This document shows, piece after piece, positions 28,994 through 36,939 of a stretch of DNA of 64,000 nt. The stretch's first letter is position 1; every line of letters begins with the position of its first letter. The stretch lies in assembly GCA_965242525.1 (NCBI GenBank), contig OZ251459.1, positions 3,520,001-3,584,000 of the forward strand, read 5' to 3'. The translations under genes were made by a program, and so were the position numbers. Source of the DNA: an uncultured Candidatus Binatia bacterium (GTDB lineage: Bacteria; Desulfobacterota; Binatia; UBA9968; JAJDTQ01). Under the pieces are notes generated by a model, which was not told the origin of the DNA, ran no database searches, and saw only the letters and a program-made list of their open reading frames with translations.

Positions 28994-30107
28994 GCTGTGT
29001 CGGCAGGCCCACGAGGAAACGCGGCGCTCCGCGGCCCGGGCCGCGGACGCCTACCTGGTGACGCGCAACTGGCTGCTCGGCCGGTACATCGTCGAGTACG
29101 AGCAGCGCGGCGCGGACCGCAGCACGCTCTACGGCGAGAAGCTGATCGAGCGCTTGGCCAACGAACTCACGGCCAGCGGGCTGAAGGGCTGCTCCCCCAC
29201 CAACCTGCGGAAGTTCCGGGAGTTCTACCGCGCCTACCCGGAGATTCGACAGACACCGTCTGTTGAATCCATCGCCAACCTGCCGCCCGAGATTCAACAG
29301 ACAGTGTCTGTTGAATCTCTCCGGACCTCCACGGGCATCGCATCGGCCCTGTCCTCATCCATGGACAACCGGTTCTCCCTCGGCTGGTCCCACTACGTCA
29401 CCCTCCTGACCATCGGCCGCGCCGAAGAGCGCGCCTTCTACGAGGTCGAGGCGGCCCAAAGTCAGTGGAGCGTGCGCGAACTGAAACGGCAGATCGCCAG
29501 TTCCCTGTACGAGCGGCTGGCGCTGAGCCGCGACAAGGAAGAAGTCCACCGGCTTTCCCGCGAGGGACAGGTGGTCGAGAAAGCGTCGGACCTCATCAAG
29601 GATCCCCTCGTGCTGGAGTTTCTCGGCCTGGAAGAAAGGCTCGCCTATTCCGAGACCGAGATGGAAACGGCCATCATCGACCGCCTCCAACACTTCCTGC
29701 TCGAATTGGGCAAGGGCTTCCTGTTCGAGGCGCGCCAGAAGCGGTTCACCTTCGACAACAGCCATTTCTTCGTGGACCTCGTGTTCTACAACCGCCTGCT
29801 GCACTGCTACGTCCTGATAGACCTCAAGCGCGGCGAACTGACCCATCAGGACCTGGGCCAGATGCAGATGTACGTCAACTACTTCGACCGCTACGTGAAG
29901 ACCGACGCCGAACTCCCTACCGTCGGCATCGTCCTCTGCGGCGGCAAGAACGACGCCGTGGTGGAACTGACCCTCCCGCAAGACGCCAACATCTACGCCT
30001 CGCAATACCAACTCTACCTGCCCTCGAAACAGGAATTGGAGGCGCAACTGGCGAGCATCCAGCGAGAACTCGACGACGGGGAAGGCGAAAGTGAAGGAAA
30101 TGGATAA
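28959..30107 (+). CDS. YhcG/DUF1016 PD-(D/E)XK nuclease domain protein
   Basis: NWLLGRYIVEYEQ, LGWSHY, WSVRELKRQI, KDPLVLEFL, LELGKGF, DLGQMQMYVNY; GTGA overlap with hsdM. Confidence 0.93.
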   Translation: MSRELDFERLVELCRQAHEETRRSAARAADAYLVTRNWLLGRYIVEYEQRGADRSTLYGEKLIERLANELTASGLKGCSPTNLRKFREFYRAYPEIRQTPSVESIANLPPEIQQTVSVESLRTSTGIASALSSSMDNRFSLGWSHYVTLLTIGRAEERAFYEVEAAQSQWSVRELKRQIASSLYERLALSRDKEEVHRLSREGQVVEKASDLIKDPLVLEFLGLEERLAYSETEMETAIIDRLQHFLLELGKGFLFEARQKRFTFDNSHFFVDLVFYNRLLHCYVLIDLKRGELTHQDLGQMQMYVNYFDRYVKTDAELPTVGIVLCGGKNDAVVELTLPQDANIYASQYQLYLPSKQELEAQLASIQRELDDGEGESEGNG

Positions 30108-30147
30108 GGCCCCGACCGCCTTACGGGAAGCACAGACAAGTGACGAA

Positions 30148-30247
30148 GAACGGAAGGTGGAGGCGTTCGACAGGAAGGTCAAGAGGCACTTGAAGCGGAT
30201 GGGGTTGTCGCTGTGAGCCGGGGATTCTATTTTGAGCGGCTTGTCGA
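30148..30247 (+). repeat. Direct repeat A copy 2
   Basis: Shares CACTTGAAGCGGATGGGGTTGTCG and GAGCGGCTTGTCGA with copy 1. Confidence 0.85.
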
Positions 30248-30261
30248 ACAAGGAGGAGCGC

Positions 30262-30486
30262 ATGAAACATACAGTGAAAGCCGTCTATGAAAATGGCGTC
30301 TTCAAACCGCTAATAGCGCCCGGGATTCCCCATGGACAGCAAGTCCGCCTGGAAATAGAGCCTCTGGGCGAACCATCGGTCATGGATGTACTGAAACTGG
30401 CCGCCCAGGTGTACCAAGATCTCTCTGAACAGGACGTTGATGAAATCGAGCGCATGGCTTGCCACCGACGGGAATTTTTTGGATAG
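30262..30486 (+). CDS. Antitoxin family protein (AF2212/DUF104-like)
   Basis: AAGGAGG RBS; KAVYENGVFKPL; upstream of PIN toxin. Confidence 0.85.
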   Translation: MKHTVKAVYENGVFKPLIAPGIPHGQQVRLEIEPLGEPSVMDVLKLAAQVYQDLSEQDVDEIERMACHRREFFG

Positions 30487-30497
30487 GCAAACATCCG

Positions 30498-30908
30498 ATG
30501 GCTTTACGGCAAGTGATACTGGATACGGACATTCTTTCTGCGATCATGCGAGAGAATTCTGTCGTACTGTCCAAAGCACGCGCCTATCTTGGGGAGCACG
30601 GATGTTTTACCTTATCTATTATTACCCGCTATGAAATCCTCCGAGGTCTGGCAGCTAAAGAGGCCCGTCGGCAGATGGCAGTTTTTGAAATGTTGTGCAA
30701 TCAGAGCACTATTCTGCCTCTTACAGAAGAAGCGATTGCCAAAGCAGCCGAGATTTACGCTGAGCTTGCTCACCGAGGCCAATTGATCGGAGATGCAGAT
30801 ATTTTGATTGCAGCTTCCGCCATGGTGCAGGAGTTCGGGCTGGTGACCAATAATGAACGTCATTTCCGGCGGATAAAGGGTCTTCAAGTAGAGAACTGGT
30901 TGACGTAG
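30498..30908 (+). CDS. vapC: VapC family PIN-domain toxin
   Basis: ILDTDILS, YEI, DADILIAASA, LVTNNERHF. Confidence 0.9.
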   Translation: MALRQVILDTDILSAIMRENSVVLSKARAYLGEHGCFTLSIITRYEILRGLAAKEARRQMAVFEMLCNQSTILPLTEEAIAKAAEIYAELAHRGQLIGDADILIAASAMVQEFGLVTNNERHFRRIKGLQVENWLT

Positions 30909-30973
30909 AAAACGGCCCGATGTGCCGCCTCGGAGCCATGTGACATCTCGGCAACGAATTGGGAGGATCGACA

Positions 30974-31198
30974 ATGGAAGACCGGATAACCGTATCGGTC
31001 GATTCCGATGTGGCCAAGGCGTATAGATCGGCTTCGGAGAGTGAGCGTCGCAAACTGGATTTGCTCATCAACTTGCGCTTGCATGAGGCGATAAAGCCTG
31101 GAAAATCGCTACGGGAAATCATGTCGGAAATCAGCCGTAACGCGCAACGCCGCGGCCTGACCCCGGAAATCCTGCAATCCATCCTGGGCGAGAAATGA
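30974..31198 (+). CDS. Putative antitoxin (orphan)
   Basis: GGGAGG RBS; SLREIMSEISRNAQRRGLTPEILQSIL tail typical of PIN-linked antitoxins. Confidence 0.7.
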   Translation: MEDRITVSVDSDVAKAYRSASESERRKLDLLINLRLHEAIKPGKSLREIMSEISRNAQRRGLTPEILQSILGEK

Positions 31199-31266
31199 CC
31201 CGCGTCATTTTCAACAGCAACGGCATGAACCTGGGGGGTCGTACGGACATCTTCCTTGAAGAGTAA
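31195..31266 (+). pseudogene. Stub of a PIN-family toxin
   Basis: ATGA overlap; MTRVIFNSN resembles MxRVVxDTN; stop after 23 aa. Confidence 0.45.
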
Positions 31267-31408
31267 CCTTGACAGGCGCTTCTCGATTTGGCTACCTTGA
31301 GATGGAGCCTGGACCGGGACGCCGACCATTCGCCCCGAAAAGTGGCACTGAACCGATCCCAACGGGCAGAATCGAGGACATCCAAACTGCAAACCGGAGG
31401 TAAATCCC

Positions 31409-31648
31409 ATGACTGTCGAAGAAGCCGGGGAGCTGCTTAGGCGCATGTACGAGACCGCGCCATATAGAGAAAAGACCACTTACATTCGCCTGTTCGGCAT
31501 CAAGTATGCAAGCGACCTGGATTCACTATCGCTCAAAGACGTCGTCACAAAAGCCGGCCTTGGAAGGCCCTCCTATGATACAGAGGTCAGAAAAGGCATG
31601 AATCTGGCCAAGTACGTTCAGATGAAAGCTGGCGTGGGCTTGGAATAG
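31409..31648 (+). CDS. Small hypothetical protein, possible HTH-like
   Basis: GGAGG RBS; IRLFGIKYA...SYDTEVRKGMNLAKYV. Confidence 0.75.
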   Translation: MTVEEAGELLRRMYETAPYREKTTYIRLFGIKYASDLDSLSLKDVVTKAGLGRPSYDTEVRKGMNLAKYVQMKAGVGLE

Positions 31649-31738
31649 TGACTGTCTGCCTGCCATCGAAACGGAACTGACTGTCGCAACTGATGAGCGT
31701 TCAGGAAGAATTTGGCGGATTTCAGGAGAACCTGACCG

Positions 31739-33061
31739 ATGGATGAGAGACGAGCCGAAATGAGCGTCTCACTATCGGACGGCGCGCCGGGGACAGATGC
31801 CCCGGCTGGCTACGAGTGGACCGAGGTGGGCATGATCCCTCGCGACTGGACGCTTGGGAGGCTTGCGGATTTCGGGGTATTTCGTAGCGGAAGTGGATTT
31901 CCTCTCGTCCATCAAGGACTCCCATCAGGCGACTATCCGTTCTTCAAGGTCTCCGATATGAACAACTACGGCAATGAGTTGTTCATGGAAGTTGCAAATC
32001 ACTGGATCACTGAAGAAACAAGGAAGAAACTAGGCGCTGTCCAACATCCAATTGGAAGTATTGTCTTCGCCAAAATCGGAGCGGCGATCTTCTTGGAAAG
32101 AAAGCGTCTCCTGTCACAGGGAAGCTGTATCGACAACAACATGATGGCTTTCACTCTGACGGATCATCATGCTTGCCAGCGGTTCTTCTACTATCTTCTT
32201 CTCAACCTTGAACTTGGAAAGCTTGTCTCGACAACTGCACTCCCGTCGTTGTCTGGACGACAGATTGGCACGATCACTGTTCCCATACCACCTACCGATG
32301 AACAACGCGCCATTGCCGAAGCCTTGTCAGAGGTGGATGATTTGCTCGCCGCTTTGGAAAAGCTGATCGCCAAGAAGCAGGCCATCAAGCAGGCCGCTAT
32401 GCAGCAACTTTTAACCGGCAAGACCCGGTTGCCGGGATTCAGCGGAGAATGGGAGACAAAACAGCTAGGGACACTCGGCTTCTTCTCGAAGGGACGCGGA
32501 ATCAAACGTGAGGATATTTCCAGTACAGGCTTTCCATGCATCCGCTATGGAGAATTGTACACGCGCTATAGAGACTACATTTTGAACGCAGTAGCGCGTA
32601 TTCCTTCGTCTGTTGCTCAGATGGCGCTGCCGATTAAAACAGGCGATCTACTATTTGCCGGGTCGGGTGAGACATCGGAGGAAATCGGCCAATGCGCGGT
32701 CTATCTTTGTGATGAACCTGGTTATGCAGGCGGGGATATTATAGTATTGACGCCCTTGGGCCAAAACTCGCTTTATCTGGGCTATCTGATGAACCGGCCA
32801 GCAGTAGCAAGACAAAAAGCTCGTATGGGACAGGGAGATGCAGTCGTTCATATTAACCCTCGTAACTTGGCTCAAATTGAGATTGATCTTCCAGCATTGG
32901 AAGAACAAGCCGCCATCGCCGTCGTCCTCTCCGACATGGATGCCGAAATTGCCTCCTTGGAACGGCGCCGCGACAAGATTCGCACCCTCAGACAGGGCAT
33001 GATGCAGCAACTCCTGACCGGGCGGGTACGGCTTATCGAAACATATGAGTCATGGCCATAA
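31739..33061 (+). CDS. hsdS: Type I RM specificity subunit
   Basis: TEVGMIPRDW, EQRAIAEALS..KQAAMQQLLTGKTRLPGFSGEW, second EQAAIA..MQQLLTG; AT-richer TRDs. Confidence 0.95.
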   Translation: MDERRAEMSVSLSDGAPGTDAPAGYEWTEVGMIPRDWTLGRLADFGVFRSGSGFPLVHQGLPSGDYPFFKVSDMNNYGNELFMEVANHWITEETRKKLGAVQHPIGSIVFAKIGAAIFLERKRLLSQGSCIDNNMMAFTLTDHHACQRFFYYLLLNLELGKLVSTTALPSLSGRQIGTITVPIPPTDEQRAIAEALSEVDDLLAALEKLIAKKQAIKQAAMQQLLTGKTRLPGFSGEWETKQLGTLGFFSKGRGIKREDISSTGFPCIRYGELYTRYRDYILNAVARIPSSVAQMALPIKTGDLLFAGSGETSEEIGQCAVYLCDEPGYAGGDIIVLTPLGQNSLYLGYLMNRPAVARQKARMGQGDAVVHINPRNLAQIEIDLPALEEQAAIAVVLSDMDAEIASLERRRDKIRTLRQGMMQQLLTGRVRLIETYESWP

Positions 33062-33214
33062 GCGCGAGAGAAAGAGACTTTCATGGAAGGGTCTCTGTTC
33101 AGGTTCGGCTAGCACCCGAGGGCGCAGACCGTTTCCGCGTCTTTATTGTTGGATAATTCCCAAACTTTACCGAAGTGAGGTTCGGACATGGAATAGGGAC
33201 AGATTCGTGAATTT

Positions 33215-33499
33215 TTGAATGAAAAGCTGATCGCCTACTTGAAGCAGAAAAGGGAGAATGATATGCTGAATAATCAGGTCTCGCTGAAGATCAAACTTTT
33301 AGAGTGGAGGAACAATTTGGCAAAACTCTTTGCTCGGATAATTCCAAAGTCCGATAACAACTTGAAATTGATCGTTATTCTAGCAACCTTGTTTATGACA
33401 TTTTTGCTGATTCAAGGCGGGGCAACTGGCTTTGGAATGGGATACTGGTTTGCAGCGGTGATTTTTCTGATTACGAACTTATTGTCTAAGATTCGTTAG
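33215..33499 (+). CDS. AT-rich small ORF with two predicted TM helices (hypothetical or remnant)
   Basis: LIVILATLFMTFLLI and YWFAAVIFLITNLL hydrophobic runs; start uncertain. Confidence 0.4.
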   Translation: MNEKLIAYLKQKRENDMLNNQVSLKIKLLEWRNNLAKLFARIIPKSDNNLKLIVILATLFMTFLLIQGGATGFGMGYWFAAVIFLITNLLSKIR

Positions 33500-33572
33500 A
33501 GCATCCACGGTAACGAAGGCAATAGGCAGTGATTGCAGAAGATCAGGGAATTGGCAGGCGGGAGAGTCGTCC

Positions 33573-35120
33573 ATGATCGAGCAACGCTTCCGCACCCTCG
33601 GGGAACAGTTGCAGGGCAAGAAGCCACACCTGCCGCACTTCCTGGCGGAGATCCACTTGCAGGGCATTCGCGGCATCGACGACCTGCGGGTGGTGTTCGA
33701 CTACCCGGTGAGCGTCATTGCCGGCGGCAACGCCAGCGGCAAATCGACGGTGCTGTTCGCGGCCGCCTGCGCCTACAAGGTGCCGGGCGCGGGGGTCAAG
33801 GACTTCGTGCCGTCCACGCTGTTTCCCGATTACCGTCCCAGGGTAGGCGCACGCGAGGACGAAAAGGGCGAAGTCCTCATGGAGTTCGACTACGCCACGC
33901 CCGACGGGCGGCGGTCCATGCGCTGGCGGCGCGCCAAGGGGTGGAACCGCAGCTTCCTTGGCCGCAAAGACGCGCGCCAGCCGGAACGCCCCCTCTATCT
34001 CAGGACACTCAGCAATCTCAGCAACCCGTCCGAAGTGCGCGGCGTGCTCAGCCTGTCGCGCCTGAATGCCGCGCCGCGGGAAACTCCGCTGACGGCCTCG
34101 CAGATCGAGTTCGCCCAACAGATGCTTCCCTTCAGGTACGCGGAGGTCGTCAACCTGTCCAGCGGCAGCAAGAACCTGCTCTTTGCCGCGCAGGAAGGCG
34201 GCGCCGCGTACTCGGAACTGCACATGGCCGCTGGCGAGCGCGCCATCCTGCGGCTGTCGCAGGAAATCGCCCAACTCCATGGCGCCCTGGTCCTGATCGA
34301 CGAGGTGGAGGCCGGGCTGCACCCCTGGGTGCAACAGCTTCTCATGTTGCAGTTGCAGCAGCTCGCCCTGCGCAACGACCTGCAAGTCATCGTCACGTCG
34401 CACAGCCCGGTGGTGCTCGACTCGGTGCCCGCCCACGGACGTATCTTCCTGGAACGCGACGAAACGGGCCGGGTCACGGTGCTGCCGGCCTTTCGGGACG
34501 TGGTGCAGGACGCGCTATATGGACGCTCGGGCGACGCCCTCAACCTGTTGTGCGAGGACGACGCCGCGGAAGGCATGCTGCACGGCGTTTTCGACGCCCT
34601 GCTTCCCCGCCAGAGAATCAGGCCAGAGTCCGTTCGGATCAGACGAAACACGGGCGCCGGCGAATTCCCGACGCACGCCAGGGCGTTCAGAAAGTTCGGC
34701 CAGATCCGGAACTTCGTCTTCGTGCTGGACGGCGACAAGCGGGACAGCGGCATCGAACCGCGGATACGAGAGAGCGCCGGCATCGAGGTGCCGATCCTGT
34801 TCCTCCCCGGCCGAGACGCGCCGGAAGTCTGGATATGGGACAGGTTGCGGAGGAATACGGACGCCGCGGCCGGGATCGGTCTCGCCCCGGGTGACCTGTC
34901 CGAGCACATGGTCCGGCTGGACTCGGTTTACGATTCGGCGTCCGACCGGCCGTCGGAGATCGCCAAGTCCAAGCTCCGCAGCCTGTCCGAAGCCTTGGAC
35001 TGGAAAGTACCGGACGTATGCCGTGTGGTTGCCCGGCTGGAAGCCGGCCGCAAAGAGAGCGACATCCAGCCCTTGGTGGAAGGGTTGCAGGGCGCGTTAC
35101 TGCAATGGCGGGCAGAGTAG
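33573..35120 (+). CDS. ABC/AAA ATPase fused to TOPRIM-like domain (OLD/PARIS-like ATP-dependent nuclease)
   Basis: Walker A GGNASGKST, signature MAAGER, Walker B LIDEVE, TSHS; TOPRIM LCED and VLDGD. Confidence 0.85.
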   Translation: MIEQRFRTLGEQLQGKKPHLPHFLAEIHLQGIRGIDDLRVVFDYPVSVIAGGNASGKSTVLFAAACAYKVPGAGVKDFVPSTLFPDYRPRVGAREDEKGEVLMEFDYATPDGRRSMRWRRAKGWNRSFLGRKDARQPERPLYLRTLSNLSNPSEVRGVLSLSRLNAAPRETPLTASQIEFAQQMLPFRYAEVVNLSSGSKNLLFAAQEGGAAYSELHMAAGERAILRLSQEIAQLHGALVLIDEVEAGLHPWVQQLLMLQLQQLALRNDLQVIVTSHSPVVLDSVPAHGRIFLERDETGRVTVLPAFRDVVQDALYGRSGDALNLLCEDDAAEGMLHGVFDALLPRQRIRPESVRIRRNTGAGEFPTHARAFRKFGQIRNFVFVLDGDKRDSGIEPRIRESAGIEVPILFLPGRDAPEVWIWDRLRRNTDAAAGIGLAPGDLSEHMVRLDSVYDSASDRPSEIAKSKLRSLSEALDWKVPDVCRVVARLEAGRKESDIQPLVEGLQGALLQWRAE

Positions 35121-35127
35121 CAGCCTG
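35054..35127 (+). repeat. Direct repeat B copy 1 (3' end of ATPase-TOPRIM gene)
   Basis: Matches 36462-36534 with 6 mismatches and 1 gap. Confidence 0.85.
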
Positions 35128-35278
35128 AGTCCGGCTCACGCCGGGCACAAGCGTTTCCTGGTATCGCGGCAGCTTGTCCTCTGATGCCTTGATCCGCCTT
35201 TAGCAGATTCGTCAATGTTGTGGGATACTGGAGACTATCCGGAAGGCTTTCGATTCAGACTATGAATGGCCTCAGAAC

Positions 35279-36427
35279 ATGATTCCTCTCCGCATCTTCA
35301 TCAGCAGTGTACAAAACGAGTTTGCGCAGGAGCGCGAAGCGTTGCGCGACTACTTGCGCGAGGATGCGGGGCTGGACGACCTCGACTCCGAGTGGATGAC
35401 CCTCTTTGTCCGTACCGCGCGCAGAGCCAGAAAATTTCCGCTGCCGGAGGACGTGCATCCCGAGGGATTGCTGAAGCATCTGAACCTGCTGAACAAGGGG
35501 CGGTTGACGAATGCTGCCGTATTGTTGTTCGGGAAGTCGCCCCAACGGTTCCTGATCTCCTCCGAGATCAAGTGCGCGCACTTTCACGGAACCGAGGTCG
35601 AAAAGCCGATCCCTTCGTATCAGGTTTACAAGGGCACGGTGTTCCAACTGGTCGATCAGGCCGTGGATTTCGTGCTCGGCAAGATCGATAGAACGGTAGG
35701 CACGCGGTCGGAGAGCGTCCGTGCGCCCAGGACTTACGAAATCCCGCCGGAGGTCGTCACCGAGGCCGTCGTCAACGCGGTAGCGCACCGCGACTACACG
35801 AGCAACGGCAGCGCACAGGTGATGCTTTTTTCGGATCGCCTGGAGGTTCGGAACCCTGGCCGGTTGTCGTCGCCGCTGACCTTGGAGGAGCTGCGCGTTG
35901 CGCACAACTCGGTGCCTGTCAATCCCCTGCTGGCGGAGTCCTTGTACCTCGCCGAATACATCGAGCGAATGGGAACGGGAACGCTGGACATGATCCGCCG
36001 GTGCGCCGCGGCGGGTCTCCCGGAACCCGAGTTTGCCGTCACTGATGGATTCGTGACGACCCTCCGGCGGGCGTTGCTTGCGGAACGTATAGAGGGGCAA
36101 GGCAGCCAGACAGGGGGGCAAGCAGGGGGGCAAGCAAGGGGGCAAGCAAGGGGGCAAGCAGGGGGGCAAGCAGCACTGTCCGCCAGAGATGCAGCGATAT
36201 TGGAATCGTGCAGCAAAGGACCCGCTACGAGTCGAGAGTTGCAGGCTGCGGCCGGCTACTTCGATCGAACGCGCAGCTTCGAGCAACGCTTGTCACGCCT
36301 TCTAAAGGAAGGATTATTGGCAATGACCGTTCCCGACAAGCCAAGAAGCCCTCTGCAGAAGTACTGTCTGACCACCAAGGGGAGAGCAGCATTGGCGATG
36401 ACAGAGAAAGGAAGTGCGGAGACGTGA
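35279..36427 (+). CDS. ATP-binding protein (RecG C-terminal/HATPase_c_4-like plus C-terminal HTH) with truncated DUF4062-like N-terminus
   Basis: RIFISSVQNEF start; EAVVNAVAHRDY, NPG, IERMGTG; GGQA repeats; PDKPRSPLQKY. Confidence 0.8.
   Translation: MIPLRIFISSVQNEFAQEREALRDYLREDAGLDDLDSEWMTLFVRTARRARKFPLPEDVHPEGLLKHLNLLNKGRLTNAAVLLFGKSPQRFLISSEIKCAHFHGTEVEKPIPSYQVYKGTVFQLVDQAVDFVLGKIDRTVGTRSESVRAPRTYEIPPEVVTEAVVNAVAHRDYTSNGSAQVMLFSDRLEVRNPGRLSSPLTLEELRVAHNSVPVNPLLAESLYLAEYIERMGTGTLDMIRRCAAAGLPEPEFAVTDGFVTTLRRALLAERIEGQGSQTGGQAGGQARGQARGQAGGQAALSARDAAILESCSKGPATSRELQAAAGYFDRTRSFEQRLSRLLKEGLLAMTVPDKPRSPLQKYCLTTKGRAALAMTEKGSAET
36113..36172 (+). repeat. 12-bp tandem repeat encoding (G/R)GQA linker
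   Basis: GGGGGCAAGCAG/A units, about five copies. Confidence 0.8.
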
Positions 36428-36461
36428 GCCCTGTGGGATCAGCATGGCATTTGCCAGACGC

Positions 36462-36700
36462 AGAGAGCGACGTCCAGCCCTTGGTGGAAGGATTGCAGGG
36501 CGCTTACTGCAATGACGGGCAGGGTAGCGGTCTGTGGGCCATGCCAAGGGCCAAGCTGGGGGCCATGCTGATCGAAGCAGGGTGCAAGCAGGGAGGGCAA
36601 GTAGGGGTGCAAGCTGACTTGACGGACAGAGATGCAGCGATACCGGAATCGGGCGCGAAGGACCCCCTGCGAAGCGAGGGTTACGGGCGCGGCCGGGGCT
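36462..36700 (+). pseudogene. Direct repeat B copy 2 followed by decayed copy of the ATP-binding gene 3' part
   Basis: AGAGAGCGACGTCCAGCCCTTGGTGGAAGG...; then GQA-type repeats and CAGAGATGCAGCGATA matching ~36184. Confidence 0.75.
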
Positions 36701-36717
36701 TTGGCGGGTAGAGTAGC

Positions 36718-36939
36718 ATGGCCATAAACGAAGACCAGAACATTGAATGGAAGATGTCGTGGCGTGACGAGTACCTGAAGTGGATCTGCGGGTTCGCCAA
36801 TGCGCCGGGCGGCGTGCTGGAGATCGGCAGGAACGACCGGCGCGAAGTCCTTGGGGTGAATTTGGACAGGCTGCGGGCCGCGGGAGTCATCCGGCACGTC
36901 GGGGCGACCAAGGCCGGGCGCTGGGAGATGCTGAAGTGA
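36718..36939 (+). pseudogene. Internally deleted Schlafen/AlbA_2-HTH gene
   Basis: EDQNIEWKMSWRDEYLKWICGFANAPGG joined directly to HTH tail GVIRHVGATKAGRWE. Confidence 0.75.

Noticed and set aside
29237-29319. Internal duplication PEIRQTPSVES/PEIQQTVSVES in YhcG-like gene
   Set aside because: Variable linker repeats of this kind are common in the family
31739-33061. Phase-variable hsdS shufflon
   Set aside because: Single hsdS, no silent TRDs, inverted repeats or recombinase seen
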